From contig JAZRIS010000001.1 of assembly GCA_045645425.1 (NCBI GenBank), positions 76,592 to 140,591 on the forward strand: DNA of 64,000 nucleotides, in the 5' to 3' direction. This document shows, one piece after another, positions 1 to 9,612 of the stretch. Positions within the stretch are counted from its first letter, which is position 1. Every line of letters starts with the position of its first letter. The position numbers and the translations under genes are program-made. The notes beneath the pieces are model-generated. The model was not told where the DNA came from. It saw only the letters and a list, made by a program, of their open reading frames with translations, and did no database searches. The DNA is from Barnesiella sp. (GTDB taxonomy: Bacteria; Bacteroidota; Bacteroidia; Bacteroidales; Barnesiellaceae_A).

Positions 1-1
1 A

Positions 2-2584
2 TTGAGCCCTGTCATTTCTATCGAACAAAAAACAACCAATCGCAATCCTCGCTCGACGGTAGGTACTACCACCGAGATATTCGACTTTCTGCGTCTGCTC
101 TTTGCCCGTGCTGGCGAGGCATACTCATACCTATCGGGCGAGAAGATGATTAAATATACCGAGGAACAAATTCTCGAACTCATTATCTCGAAATACGAAA
201 GTCGCAAAACCTATATTCTTGCACCTCTTGTACGCAATCGCAAAGGTCACTACAAAGAACTCTTTGAGCAGATGCGTCGCAAAGGCTTTCTCTCGGTGCG
301 GGTAGATGGTGAGATGTGCGAGATACTGCAGGGCATGAAGCTCGACCGATATAAAAACCACAGTGTAGAATTGGTTGTTGATAAACTCATCGTATCGAAC
401 AAAGATCGCGAACGGGTGAAAAACAGTGTGCGCACAGCCATGAAGCAGGGCGACGGCCTTATCATGGTGCTTGATGCCGATACCAACGAGATACGACACT
501 ATAGTCGTGCATTGATGGATCCCGCAACAGGACTCTCTTATAGCGAGCCGGCTCCGCACAACTTCTCATTCAACTCACCCTTGGGTGCTTGCCATCGTTG
601 CAAGGGTCTGGGATATATCAATATAATCGACCGCGATAAACTCATGCCCGACATGACCAAGTCGATATACAACGGTGGCATTGAGGCCTTGGGCAAATAC
701 AAACGCTCGCTTATTTTCGGGCAAATAGAAGCCATTTGCGAGCGATATGGGGTAACTCTCAAAACACCGCTCAACGAGCTGCCCGAAGAGGCTATCGACG
801 AGATACTCAATGGTAGCAACGAGCGACTTGTACTCAAAGACGATCCCGAAGGGTACTCCGATTACTTTCTCACCTTCGACGGATTGGTAAAATATATCGA
901 GATGCAACAACAGAGTGAAGCCTCGGCGTCGGCTCAAAAGTGGGCAGGACAATTTGTATCGGTGGTAACATGCCCCGATTGTAACGGACAACGCCTCAAT
1001 ACCGAAGCTCTTCACTACCGCATAGCCGGCAAGAATATTGCCGACCTCGCTACAATGGATATTGCCGACCTCGCCCAATGGATAGATAGGGTAGAGGAGC
1101 AACTCAATGCGCAACAACGCATTATCGCTGCCGAGATTCTAAAAGAGATACGCAGCCGACTGCACTTCTTGGTTGCTGTGGGACTCGACTACCTCAACCT
1201 CAACCGTGCATCGGCCACGCTATCGGGAGGCGAAAGCCAGCGCATACGCCTTGCCACACAGATAGGTTCGCAACTTGTCAATGTACTATACATCCTCGAT
1301 GAGCCAAGTATAGGCTTGCATCAGCGCGACAACATGCGCCTCATCAAGTCGCTCAAAGAGTTGCGCGACATAGGCAACACGGTGATTGTGGTAGAGCACG
1401 ACAAAGATATGATGCTCGAAGCCGATTATCTCATAGACCTCGGCCCCAAGGCGGGTCGATTAGGTGGCAATGTGGTATTTGCCGGTACTCCTCAAGATAT
1501 GTTGCATAGTCACACACTCACAGCCGAATATCTGCGACCCGAAAGCCCTACAAAAATAGCTGTTCCCACACAACGCCGCACAGGTAATGGCAAGCACATC
1601 ACACTCTATGGCGCATCAGGCCACAACCTCAAGCATGTCACCGTGTCACTGCCATTGGGGTGCTTTATATGTGTTACAGGCGTGTCGGGCAGTGGCAAGT
1701 CGTCACTCATCAATGCCACACTGCAACCCATATTCAACCAACGCTTCTACCGCTCACTGCAAGACCCATTACCCTATGAACGCATCGAGGGGCTGGAGCA
1801 TATCGACAAAGTAGTGACCGTCGATCAATCGCCGTTGGGCCGCACACCTCGCTCCAATCCGGCTACTTATACCGGCGTATTTGCCGACATCCGCAACCTA
1901 TATGTCGAGTCGCCCGAAGCCAAAATCAGAGGCTACAAGCCCGGTCGCTTCTCGTTCAACGTAGCAGGAGGACGGTGTGAAGCCTGCGGAGGTAACGGTT
2001 ACAAAACCATTGGTATGAATTTTCTTCCCGATGTATATGTACCCTGCGAAGTGTGTCAAGGCAAACGATACAATCGCGAAACGCTCGAAGTGCGATTTAA
2101 AGGCAAGTCTATCGCCGATGTATTGGATATGACTATCAATCAAGCCGTAGAGTTCTTTGAGAACATACCCACCGTACTCAACAAAATAAAGGTATTGCAG
2201 GATGTGGGCTTGGGCTACATCAAGCTCGGACAACCCTCCACCACACTATCGGGAGGAGAGAGCCAGCGGGTAAAACTTGCCACCGAACTTGCCAAGCGCG
2301 ACACGGGTAAGACTCTCTATATACTCGACGAGCCTACCACAGGATTGCACTTTGAAGACATACGCGTGCTACTCGGTGTTCTCAACCGCCTCACCGACAA
2401 GGGCAACACGATTGTTGTGATAGAGCATAACATGGATGTAATAAAGAGTGCCGACTACATCATAGACATGGGGCCCGAAGGTGGCCGAGAGGGGGGTAGG
2501 GTGCTCGCCCATGGCACTCCCGAAGAGATATGCCGCCACAACACCTACACGGCACAATTTCTACGTCAGGAATTGGGTATGTGA
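2..2584 (+). CDS. uvrA: Excinuclease ABC subunit A (UvrA), N-terminus cut by window edge
   Basis: 860-aa ORF open to position 2. Two ABC signature motifs LSGGESQR, Walker [10 protein letters not shown], Walker B YILDEP twice, several CxxC zinc-finger pairs ([30 protein letters not shown]). Confidence 0.97.
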   Translation: MSPVISIEQKTTNRNPRSTVGTTTEIFDFLRLLFARAGEAYSYLSGEKMIKYTEEQILELIISKYESRKTYILAPLVRNRKGHYKELFEQMRRKGFLSVRVDGEMCEILQGMKLDRYKNHSVELVVDKLIVSNKDRERVKNSVRTAMKQGDGLIMVLDADTNEIRHYSRALMDPATGLSYSEPAPHNFSFNSPLGACHRCKGLGYINIIDRDKLMPDMTKSIYNGGIEALGKYKRSLIFGQIEAICERYGVTLKTPLNELPEEAIDEILNGSNERLVLKDDPEGYSDYFLTFDGLVKYIEMQQQSEASASAQKWAGQFVSVVTCPDCNGQRLNTEALHYRIAGKNIADLATMDIADLAQWIDRVEEQLNAQQRIIAAEILKEIRSRLHFLVAVGLDYLNLNRASATLSGGESQRIRLATQIGSQLVNVLYILDEPSIGLHQRDNMRLIKSLKELRDIGNTVIVVEHDKDMMLEADYLIDLGPKAGRLGGNVVFAGTPQDMLHSHTLTAEYLRPESPTKIAVPTQRRTGNGKHITLYGASGHNLKHVTVSLPLGCFICVTGVSGSGKSSLINATLQPIFNQRFYRSLQDPLPYERIEGLEHIDKVVTVDQSPLGRTPRSNPATYTGVFADIRNLYVESPEAKIRGYKPGRFSFNVAGGRCEACGGNGYKTIGMNFLPDVYVPCEVCQGKRYNRETLEVRFKGKSIADVLDMTINQAVEFFENIPTVLNKIKVLQDVGLGYIKLGQPSTTLSGGESQRVKLATELAKRDTGKTLYILDEPTTGLHFEDIRVLLGVLNRLTDKGNTIVVIEHNMDVIKSADYIIDMGPEGGREGGRVLAHGTPEEICRHNTYTAQFLRQELGM

Positions 2585-2619
2585 TAGAATGAGATAATAT
2601 ACACATTAATAAATATATC

Positions 2620-2817
2620 ATGAAAAAGTTTATCATAAGAGCCACCATCGAGTCGTTGGTATTCTCTCTGTGCACTACGGGACTTGCAGCGCTGGGATAT
2701 TGGTTTATGGGAGATAGGATGACCAACCCCGAGGTACTTATCAGCTTGGCAGCTACCTTTTCGGGCTGGTTTATTTGGACAGTTATAGAAACATATGTCT
2801 TGAAAAATAAAATATGA
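2620..2817 (+). CDS. Small hypothetical membrane protein (two hydrophobic segments)
   Basis: 65-aa ORF with MKK start. Its stop overlaps the next gene's ATG (ATGA at 2814-2817), suggesting translational coupling. No recognisable family. Confidence 0.4.
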   Translation: MKKFIIRATIESLVFSLCTTGLAALGYWFMGDRMTNPEVLISLAATFSGWFIWTVIETYVLKNKI

Positions 2818-3830
2818 AAAGTTTTGCATCGGACAACAATTCAAGTGTGCATCCCGAAGTGATGCAGGCTCTTATAGAGGCCAACGAAGGCCATGCGTTG
2901 GGCTATGGCGATGATAAGTGGACAGTTGAGTCCACCGAGTTGGTAAAAAAACTCTTTGCAAGACCTTGTGAGCCACTATTTGTATTTAATGGCACAGGTA
3001 GCAACACCATGGCATTACAACTCATGACACGCCCTTATCACATCATCTTTTGTGCCGAAACCGGGCATATTGCAGTAGATGAATGTGGTGCACCGGGCAA
3101 GGGTACAGGTTGTTTTATTCGCACCATCGACACACCCGATGGCAAGCTCACACCCGAGTTGTTGGCGCCTTACATGGTAAACTTTGGTGTTGAACATCAC
3201 TCTCAACCCGGAGCTATATACATAAGCCAATGTAGCGAACTCGGAACAATATACAAGCCCCAAGAACTCAAAGAATTGTGCGACTATGCTCATAGTCACG
3301 GACTTATGGTGCATATGGATGGAGCACGCATTGCCAATGCCGCCGCAGCACTCAATATGTCGATAGACGAGGTTTCGGGCGCTTGCGGTATAGATACACT
3401 CACCCTTGGCGGAACAAAAAACGGACTGATGGGTGCCGAATGTGTTGTAATTTTCAATGAAAAGTTGGTAGGAGAGGGCCGATATGCTCGCAAACAATCG
3501 TGCCAATTAGCCAGCAAAATGCGCTACTTGTCGGCTCAATTCAAGGCTTTTCTCACCAACAATCTGTGGCAACGCTGTGCTTCTCATGCCAATGATATGG
3601 CCGCATTGCTTGCCACCGAGTTGGGCAAAATGAGCGATATTGCCTTTACACAACCCGTAGAGAGCAATCAGTTGTTCTTGACAATACCCATCGAAAAGTC
3701 ACGCAAGCTGCACGACAAATACTACTTTTACTATTGGAACGAGTCCATAGGCGAAATGCGTCTTGTCACATCGTGGGACACCACCGAAGATGACGTACGT
3801 AACCTTGTGCAATACCTTCGACATCTATAA
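2814..3830 (+). CDS. PLP-dependent threonine aldolase / beta-eliminating lyase family protein
   Basis: 338 aa. N-terminal FASDN...HPEVM..L pattern and a GGTKNG lysine-containing segment typical of low-specificity threonine aldolases. Assigned from memory of the family. Confidence 0.75.
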   Translation: MKSFASDNNSSVHPEVMQALIEANEGHALGYGDDKWTVESTELVKKLFARPCEPLFVFNGTGSNTMALQLMTRPYHIIFCAETGHIAVDECGAPGKGTGCFIRTIDTPDGKLTPELLAPYMVNFGVEHHSQPGAIYISQCSELGTIYKPQELKELCDYAHSHGLMVHMDGARIANAAAALNMSIDEVSGACGIDTLTLGGTKNGLMGAECVVIFNEKLVGEGRYARKQSCQLASKMRYLSAQFKAFLTNNLWQRCASHANDMAALLATELGKMSDIAFTQPVESNQLFLTIPIEKSRKLHDKYYFYYWNESIGEMRLVTSWDTTEDDVRNLVQYLRHL

Positions 3831-3902
3831 CTGCAGCAAAAAGTATGTAGCTGACTCAAGAGTGCATAAACAGCAGTCTTATTCTATTGAACAAAGCATT
3901 GG

Positions 3903-3950
3903 GATGCCCTTATGAGCGAAAAGCTCGTGGGGCATCTCTTATTTATATTT
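3903..3950 (+). terminator. Rho-independent terminator after the aldolase gene
   Basis: GATGCCC (3903-3909) pairs with GGGCATC (3930-3936), with an inner GAGC/GCTC stem, followed by a T-rich tract. Confidence 0.7.
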
Positions 3951-4141
3951 CCCGACCTCATATTTATATTTCTTATATCCTATTTAACATAATATTAATT
4001 ATAGGAAAATAGTATGCTTATATATATAATGTGACAAATCGAGGAGAATATCATTACGGCATACACCGGATATGGCCGCAAATTGTAGCTTTGGGCATCA
4101 CGCTCATAGGCTCAACGCTTGCACATAATGTAACAAAAATT

Positions 4142-4149
4142 TAACTTTG
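4142..4149 (+). promoter_or_regulatory. Bacteroidota -7 promoter box TAnnTTTG (TAACTTTG)
   Basis: Exact match to the TAnnTTTG consensus, 26 nt upstream of the ATG at 4175. Confidence 0.55.
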
Positions 4150-4174
4150 CACAAAACATATATACATAGCACCC

Positions 4175-5386
4175 ATGGACAATCTGCCGGTATTTAACGA
4201 GCAATTCTTTGCATACATCAAGCAACATCTTGGCGAGGATGCCAATCGCCTGCGCCTAAAAAAGGCTAAACCGACAGACAATTTCTCTACCGAATTGGCC
4301 ATTACACAAGTCGAAGTGCGCAATCGTCGGCTTGAAAAGAAAATTCCCGCTTGGTATCAGCAAGAACGCATCGTATTTCCATCGGCTCTCTCTACCGAGC
4401 AATGCTCTTCGCAAGAAACCGCTACTTACAAACAACACCTTGTGCGAGGCAACTCTCTATGCGACCTCACGGGAGGATTGGGCATCGATACCTACTACAT
4501 GTCACAATGCGTCGATAAAGCCACATATATAGAGCAAAACGAACTCTATTGTCATTGTGCCCGGCACAACTTCAACACGCTCGGTATAAGCCATATAACA
4601 GTGCACAACAGCGATTGCAATACATTCTTGAGCCAGACGAACGAGCAATTTGACACCATTTTTATCGACCCCGCACGTCGCGGCAAATCGCAAGAACGCT
4701 TGTTTGCTTTGGCTCATTGCGAGCCCAACGTATTGGAAATGATGCCCACGCTACTGAGTAGATGCAAACGGCTGATAATCAAGCTATCGCCTATGGTGGA
4801 TATAGCCATGTTGCGACAAGAAATAGATAGACCCTGTGCCTTGCATATCGTGTCGCTCAACAACGAATGTAAAGAAATTCTTGCCATTATAGACACCGAT
4901 ATTGATGACAACGAGCCTATCAAGCACGACATAACCTGCTCGATACTCAGCAATAGCAACCCACCCAAAGAGCTACATTTTTCCTTCGACGACGAGCCGC
5001 TATCACCCTGCCCCATGGCACACACCGTCGAGAACTATCTCTATGAGCCCGACACAGCCTTGCTCAAGGCCGGGATGTTCCGCTCTATATGTTCGCAATA
5101 TGGTGTACAAAAATTACACAAAAACAGCCACCTCTACACTTCATCAAGTATGGTAGATGATTTTGCCGGCCGCACCTTCAAGGTAGCAGAGGTACTGCCT
5201 TTCTCGTCGAGCTTATGCAAAGTTTTTGCCAAGCAATACCCTGTCTGCAACATCACCACTCGCAACTTTCCGCTATCGGCAGTAGAGCTGCGCAAGAAAC
5301 TCCGCACAGGCGATGGTGGCAATATATACTTGTTTGCAACTACCATAGCCGACAAGCATGTACTTATAGTTTGCAATAAAGCATAA
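4175..5386 (+). CDS. Class I SAM-dependent methyltransferase (putative RNA methyltransferase, THUMP-like C-terminal region)
   Basis: 403 aa. SAM-binding DLTGGLGID motif and IFIDPARR motif. The family guess is from memory. Confidence 0.7.
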   Translation: MDNLPVFNEQFFAYIKQHLGEDANRLRLKKAKPTDNFSTELAITQVEVRNRRLEKKIPAWYQQERIVFPSALSTEQCSSQETATYKQHLVRGNSLCDLTGGLGIDTYYMSQCVDKATYIEQNELYCHCARHNFNTLGISHITVHNSDCNTFLSQTNEQFDTIFIDPARRGKSQERLFALAHCEPNVLEMMPTLLSRCKRLIIKLSPMVDIAMLRQEIDRPCALHIVSLNNECKEILAIIDTDIDDNEPIKHDITCSILSNSNPPKELHFSFDDEPLSPCPMAHTVENYLYEPDTALLKAGMFRSICSQYGVQKLHKNSHLYTSSSMVDDFAGRTFKVAEVLPFSSSLCKVFAKQYPVCNITTRNFPLSAVELRKKLRTGDGGNIYLFATTIADKHVLIVCNKA

Positions 5387-5390
5387 CAAG

Positions 5391-5424
5391 AATAGGGGTA
5401 TCACATCAATGCGACACCCCTATT
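5391..5424. terminator. Bidirectional hairpin between convergent genes
   Basis: AATAGGGGT (5391-5399) pairs with ACCCCTATT (5416-5424). Lies between the stop at 5386 (+) and the stop at 5449 (-). Confidence 0.65.
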
Positions 5425-5448
5425 CGTCTATATTTCTATTTCAGATTG

Positions 5449-6360
5449 TTATATTTCGAGAGCTCCTACAATGTCACTTACCGACTTAAATCCGTGACGG
5501 GTAAGATACTCTTCGATGCCATCTACCACCTTGACAGTAATAGCCGGATCGATAAAATTGGCCGTACCTATTTGAATAGCACTTGCACCGGCCAACATAA
5601 ACTCGATAGCATCGGTAGCCGAAGAGATACCACCCAATCCTATAACAGGTATCTTGACAGCCTTGGCCACCTGCCACACCATACGCAAGGCAACCGGCTT
5701 GACACAGGCTCCCGACAATCCTCCCGTAATTGTAGAGAGGCGCGGACGACGACGCTCGGCATCAATAGACATGCCCATCAAGGTATTGATGAGCGACACC
5801 GAGTCGGCTCCCTCGGCCTCAACAGCACAAGCAATAGAAGCAATATCGGTAACATTGGGCGACAACTTCACAATGAGTGTCTTAGGATATACCTTGCGCA
5901 CAGCCTTCACAACCGATGCAGCACCCTCACACGATGTGCCAAACGCCATACCGCCTTGCTTGACATTGGGACAAGATATATTCAACTCGATGGCAGGTAT
6001 CTTCTCCAATGAAGCAATACGCTCGGCAGTGGCAACATAATCCTCGACACATGCGCCCGACACATTTACAATCATATTGGTGTCTATATCCTTGATTTGC
6101 GGATAGATATGCTCGGCAAAGTACTCCACTCCTTTATTCTGCAAGCCAACGGCATTGAGCATACCCGACGGAGTCTCGGCCATGCGAGGATAGAGATTGC
6201 CCTCGCGATGATTGAGTGTTGTTCCTTTGACTATGATACCACCAAGGCGCGACAAGTCGATAAAGTCGGCAAACTCAAGGCCATAACCAAACGTACCCGA
6301 TGCTGTCATCACGGGATTTTTCAACTCCAAATTTCCTATTTTTACGCTTAAATCTACCAT
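5449..6360 (-). CDS. pyrD: Dihydroorotate dehydrogenase B, catalytic subunit
   Basis: 303 aa. [16 protein letters not shown]-terminus, class 1B DHODH layout. Its start overlaps the pyrK stop by 7 nt. Confidence 0.95.
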   Translation of the reverse strand: MVDLSVKIGNLELKNPVMTASGTFGYGLEFADFIDLSRLGGIIVKGTTLNHREGNLYPRMAETPSGMLNAVGLQNKGVEYFAEHIYPQIKDIDTNMIVNVSGACVEDYVATAERIASLEKIPAIELNISCPNVKQGGMAFGTSCEGAASVVKAVRKVYPKTLIVKLSPNVTDIASIACAVEAEGADSVSLINTLMGMSIDAERRRPRLSTITGGLSGACVKPVALRMVWQVAKAVKIPVIGLGGISSATDAIEFMLAGASAIQIGTANFIDPAITVKVVDGIEEYLTRHGFKSVSDIVGALEI

Positions 6361-7118
6361 TTGAGTCTATCGATATTAAATATGGGACCTTCTTTACATA
6401 CACACACATGACCTTCTACCGTATCTTCGACACAGCACAAGCAAGCTCCTACGCCACAAGCCATGAGGTTCTCAAGCGACACCTCACAAGGAGTATTATG
6501 TTGGCGGGCTATGCGAGCAACGGCTTGCATCATAGGCTTGGGGCCGCAAGTATAGATATACGAAAACTTATCTTCGAGCACCGAGTGTTGTGTCACAAAA
6601 CCCTTTTCTCCTTTCGAGCCGTCTTCGGTAGATAGATAGACATCGCCTACGGCCTCAAACTCGGCAAGCTGCAAGAGGTCGTCGGCACTGCGTGCACCCA
6701 ACAAAAATGCAGGACGAATACCTTCTTGGGCAAGTGCCTTACCCCAATAGAGCAATGGGGCAACTCCCACACCGCCACCGATGAGCAACGGACGATGCTC
6801 TCTATCGGCAGGCATTGTAAAGGTATTGCCAAGAGGCAACACCATATTGACCACACTGCCCACAGCATACGAGGCCAGCTTGCATGTTCCTTCACCGGCT
6901 CTGCGCACCAACAACCACAGCTCATCACCCTCTATATTGTGTATAGAGATAGGGCGACGCAAGTATGTATTGGTACTATCGGCAATGAGCACTTCGGCAA
7001 ATTGGCCGGGCAACATGGCGGGTAAATGCCCCTCTACGGGAGAGAATTTCATCAAGGCATAGGCCGAGTGTAATTGTATGTTCTCGGTAAGCCTCAAGTC
7101 AAGAATATGTTTTTTCAT
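6354..7118 (-). CDS. pyrK: Dihydroorotate dehydrogenase electron-transfer subunit (FAD / 2Fe-2S)
   Basis: 254 aa. RRPISI FAD-binding motif, [11 protein letters not shown]-binding motif, C-terminal Cys cluster [10 protein letters not shown]...C.C. Confidence 0.9.
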   Translation of the reverse strand: MKKHILDLRLTENIQLHSAYALMKFSPVEGHLPAMLPGQFAEVLIADSTNTYLRRPISIHNIEGDELWLLVRRAGEGTCKLASYAVGSVVNMVLPLGNTFTMPADREHRPLLIGGGVGVAPLLYWGKALAQEGIRPAFLLGARSADDLLQLAEFEAVGDVYLSTEDGSKGEKGFVTQHSVLEDKFSYIYTCGPKPMMQAVARIARQHNTPCEVSLENLMACGVGACLCCVEDTVEGHVCVCKEGPIFNIDRLKW

Positions 7119-7156
7119 ATCGAGGTTGTTTGTTTTGTTTGATTTCTAAATCAACA

Positions 7157-7164
7157 CAAATTTA
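7157..7164 (-). promoter_or_regulatory. -7 promoter box (TAAATTTG on minus strand) for pyrK-pyrD
   Basis: CAAATTTA on the plus strand, 39 nt upstream of the pyrK start at 7118. Confidence 0.5.
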
Positions 7165-7224
7165 CAAAAAATATCACTCCCAATGCAATAGGTTAAGAGA
7201 ATATCTACACATTATATATAAATA

Positions 7225-7722
7225 TCACTCCGGGATAAAGGTTTCGTAGGTATTGTCGCTGTAAAATACCATGATTTTGCTTATGCTCTTATTATTATTA
7301 TGCGCAATGGGTCTTGCGTGATAAAACGACACAGGCGGCTCGCTCGCTACTTTATTCTCACTCATACCTTGTGCGAGGGAGAGCTTATCAACTTCTATTT
7401 CCTTGCCATATTTCTCATCGTCATCGGTATTGCCGGCAAATACTTCATTCTCGCCAAAGATAGACAACTGCGATTGTTGTTGCACTTGCTGCACATCCAT
7501 GACACTCATGCGGGCCAACATCTCACCTTCGCCAAACAAAAGCCACGAAATAGAGAGGTCGGGAAATGCTGCATGTATTTTTCCTATCGTTGCATCGCTT
7601 ATCGATTTGTTGCGTCCCGTGAGCAACTGCGAAAATGACGACCTCGGCATCCCTATCGCATCGGCAAACTGCGACGCAATCATGCCTTTAGTTTCTATGT
7701 ACAATTTGAGCCTTTCTACCAT
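7225..7722 (-). CDS. XRE-type helix-turn-helix DNA-binding protein
   Basis: N-terminal HTH (MVERLKLYIETKGMIASQFADAIGMPRSSFSQLLTGRN). I chose the internal ATG at 7722 over the ORF-track start at 7749 because the extra residues are hydrophobic read-through. Confidence 0.7.
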   Translation of the reverse strand: MVERLKLYIETKGMIASQFADAIGMPRSSFSQLLTGRNKSISDATIGKIHAAFPDLSISWLLFGEGEMLARMSVMDVQQVQQQSQLSIFGENEVFAGNTDDDEKYGKEIEVDKLSLAQGMSENKVASEPPVSFYHARPIAHNNNKSISKIMVFYSDNTYETFIPE

Positions 7723-7768
7723 AAAAATTATAGTTAAATCTATTAACATTCAATTTTTCCACTATTTG

Positions 7769-7776
7769 CAAATGTA
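7769..7776 (-). promoter_or_regulatory. -7 promoter box (TACATTTG on minus strand) for the HTH gene, overlapped by the palindrome ATTTGCAAAT
   Basis: CAAATGTA on the plus strand, 47 nt upstream of 7722. The perfect 10-bp palindrome at 7764-7773 overlaps it. Confidence 0.45.
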
Positions 7777-8511
7777 AATAATATAATTCAATATTCCAAA
7801 TTCGCATTTACACAACAAGCATTTGCAAAACAAAACATCGGGTGTGCAATTCCACATAGCAATATCCACCCTCTTACCAAAATAGAATATATTTTACTTT
7901 ATATTTTATATCTTATATACTTGGTTTATAACAACATACAGCACTTTATATATCCATATAATACACAAAACAAGCACCCAACCACCCTATATTTACACAT
8001 CAACTTTATATTCATATCTATATTGGCCTTATTTTATGCTATTTACGTTATCTATAATAGCATATAATCTATTATAATAGATGTATTATTTGCGTTTGCA
8101 TATACAAATAACATAACACAAATGACACCTGTTTGCATTTGCGATTATTTGCATTTACATCCGACACATTACACATTGTTTGCCTTTCAAATTGTTAATG
8201 TTTTATAATCATAACATTTATCTCGTCGTTCACAACCCTTTTGCAAATATAAATCGTCTGTTTTTGGGAATTTTGCGATAAAACGACTCATTGTACGACT
8301 TCGTTGCCTTCACTACACTCTCGCAGAGGTTAAATAGCCAAAATTTCATCTTAACCAACTGAATATAAACACTTTGATACAAAACAGAAACAACCACCCT
8401 ATTCTACCCTAAAAAATTTGCATCCCCTATCCTATTTTCACACTCAAGCATTTGGTTATATACTCAACAAGCCTTATCTTCGTACAATCAATAACCAAAC
8501 ACACATTATTT

Positions 8512-9069
8512 ATGGAAATCGTACAAGCAACTCTCGAAGACTTTGATGGCATCGTGGCCCTCTTGAAAAGATACCATGTAGATTATATCTCACCCGAAGA
8601 TAAGGTGAACGGATTTGTAACAACCAATCTCACTACCGAGCAACTCACCCGCCTCATTGTTGAGGAAAATGGTGTAACCATTGCCAAGGAGAATGGTCGT
8701 GTCTATGCCTTTGCGCTCGCTGCTTCGTGGGAGTATTGGTCGGAATGGCCTCTGTTTGCCTATATGATAGAGCATCTTGAGGAGTATGAGCTCAACGGCG
8801 TGAAACTCACCCGCACCAACTCATACCAATATGGCCCCATCTGTGTCGATACCGAAGTGCGCGGAACAGGCGTGTTTGAGAAAGTATTCTACGCATCGTT
8901 GGCAAGTATGCGTCCCCGCTACCCCATCATGGCTACTTTCATCAACAAGATCAATCCTCGCTCATACGCCGCCCATACTCGCAAGGTACACACCACCGAG
9001 GCCGGAACATTCCAATTTAACAACAACAACTATTTCCTCATGTCGTGTCCTACCGACATGCAACCCTGA
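8512..9069 (+). CDS. GNAT-family N-acetyltransferase (putative)
   Basis: ATG at 8512 gives MEIVQATLEDFDGIVALLKRYH, a typical GNAT N-terminus. The central Q/RxxGxG-like segment VRGTGVFEKV supports it. Confidence 0.6.
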   Translation: MEIVQATLEDFDGIVALLKRYHVDYISPEDKVNGFVTTNLTTEQLTRLIVEENGVTIAKENGRVYAFALAASWEYWSEWPLFAYMIEHLEEYELNGVKLTRTNSYQYGPICVDTEVRGTGVFEKVFYASLASMRPRYPIMATFINKINPRSYAAHTRKVHTTEAGTFQFNNNNYFLMSCPTDMQP

Positions 9070-9092
9070 TTATCTCACACTTCAATACAGCG

Positions 9093-9135
9093 CACCCGCC
9101 CTATTCCTTTGCGAGAATAAGGCGGGTGTTCTATT
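9093..9135 (+). terminator. Rho-independent terminator after the GNAT gene
   Basis: CACCCGCCCTATTC (9093-9106) pairs with GAATAAGGCGGGTG (9115-9128) with one mismatch, followed by a T-rich tail. Confidence 0.7.
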
Positions 9136-9186
9136 ATTGCAGCTACCCTCTCTATCAAAGAGTCGAATACCACCGTGCATAAAAAG

Positions 9187-9224
9187 CACGACTATCCTAT
9201 CGCTCATGGCATAGGATAGTCGTG
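9187..9224 (-). terminator. Terminator of the efflux operon (minus strand)
   Basis: CACGACTATCCTAT pairs with ATAGGATAGTCGTG (14-bp perfect stem). On the minus strand it is followed by CTTTTT. Confidence 0.7.
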
Positions 9225-9249
9225 ATAGCAAAAATAGTGAAGCGGTCTA

Positions 9250-9543
9250 TTACATACCGTCTTCGATATTCCACACAAAGGCACGAAGTCCCAACATAGG
9301 AGTCGCCTCGTCCATCTGGCGCAAGTGGTCGAGAATGGGCTTGACACGATGGTCTTCTACTATCGATATGATAGCCGAGCACATCGAGGGCCATGCGTGA
9401 CTACCATAGTGAGGCTCGCCGGTTGTGGTACCTCTACCCTGCACTTGCTCAAAGTATGTAAATCCACGACAGTTATACTTGTCAAGTGCATCGATGATGC
9501 GATGTTGGTATGCTTGGTCGAAGGTTATCATTATTGATTTCAT
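9250..9543 (-). CDS. Small P-II-like transporter-associated protein (PG0541-like, from memory)
   Basis: 97 aa and soluble. Last gene of the RND operon. Its size and alternating pattern are consistent with a ferredoxin-like / P-II-like fold. The family name is recalled, not searched. Confidence 0.55.
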   Translation of the reverse strand: MKSIMITFDQAYQHRIIDALDKYNCRGFTYFEQVQGRGTTTGEPHYGSHAWPSMCSAIISIVEDHRVKPILDHLRQMDEATPMLGLRAFVWNIEDGM

Positions 9544-9564
9544 AGTCTTTTGTTTTTTAGGGTT

Positions 9565-9598
9565 TACACAACCGACACCGATGCGTGTCGGTTGTGTA
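9565..9598 (-). promoter_or_regulatory. Intra-operon hairpin between the RND pump gene and the P-II-like gene
   Basis: TACACAACCGACAC pairs with GTGTCGGTTGTGTA (14-bp perfect stem, 6-nt loop). There is no U-tract on the minus strand, so it is more likely an RNA-processing or stability element than a terminator. Confidence 0.4.
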
Positions 9599-9612
9599 TA
9601 GGATGGTTTCTA

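Noticed and set aside
7777-8511. A long AT-rich gene-free region considered as a replication origin.
   Set aside because: Only one partial DnaA-box-like string is present (TATCCAC near 7863). There is no cluster of TTATCCACA boxes and no dnaA or dnaN nearby.
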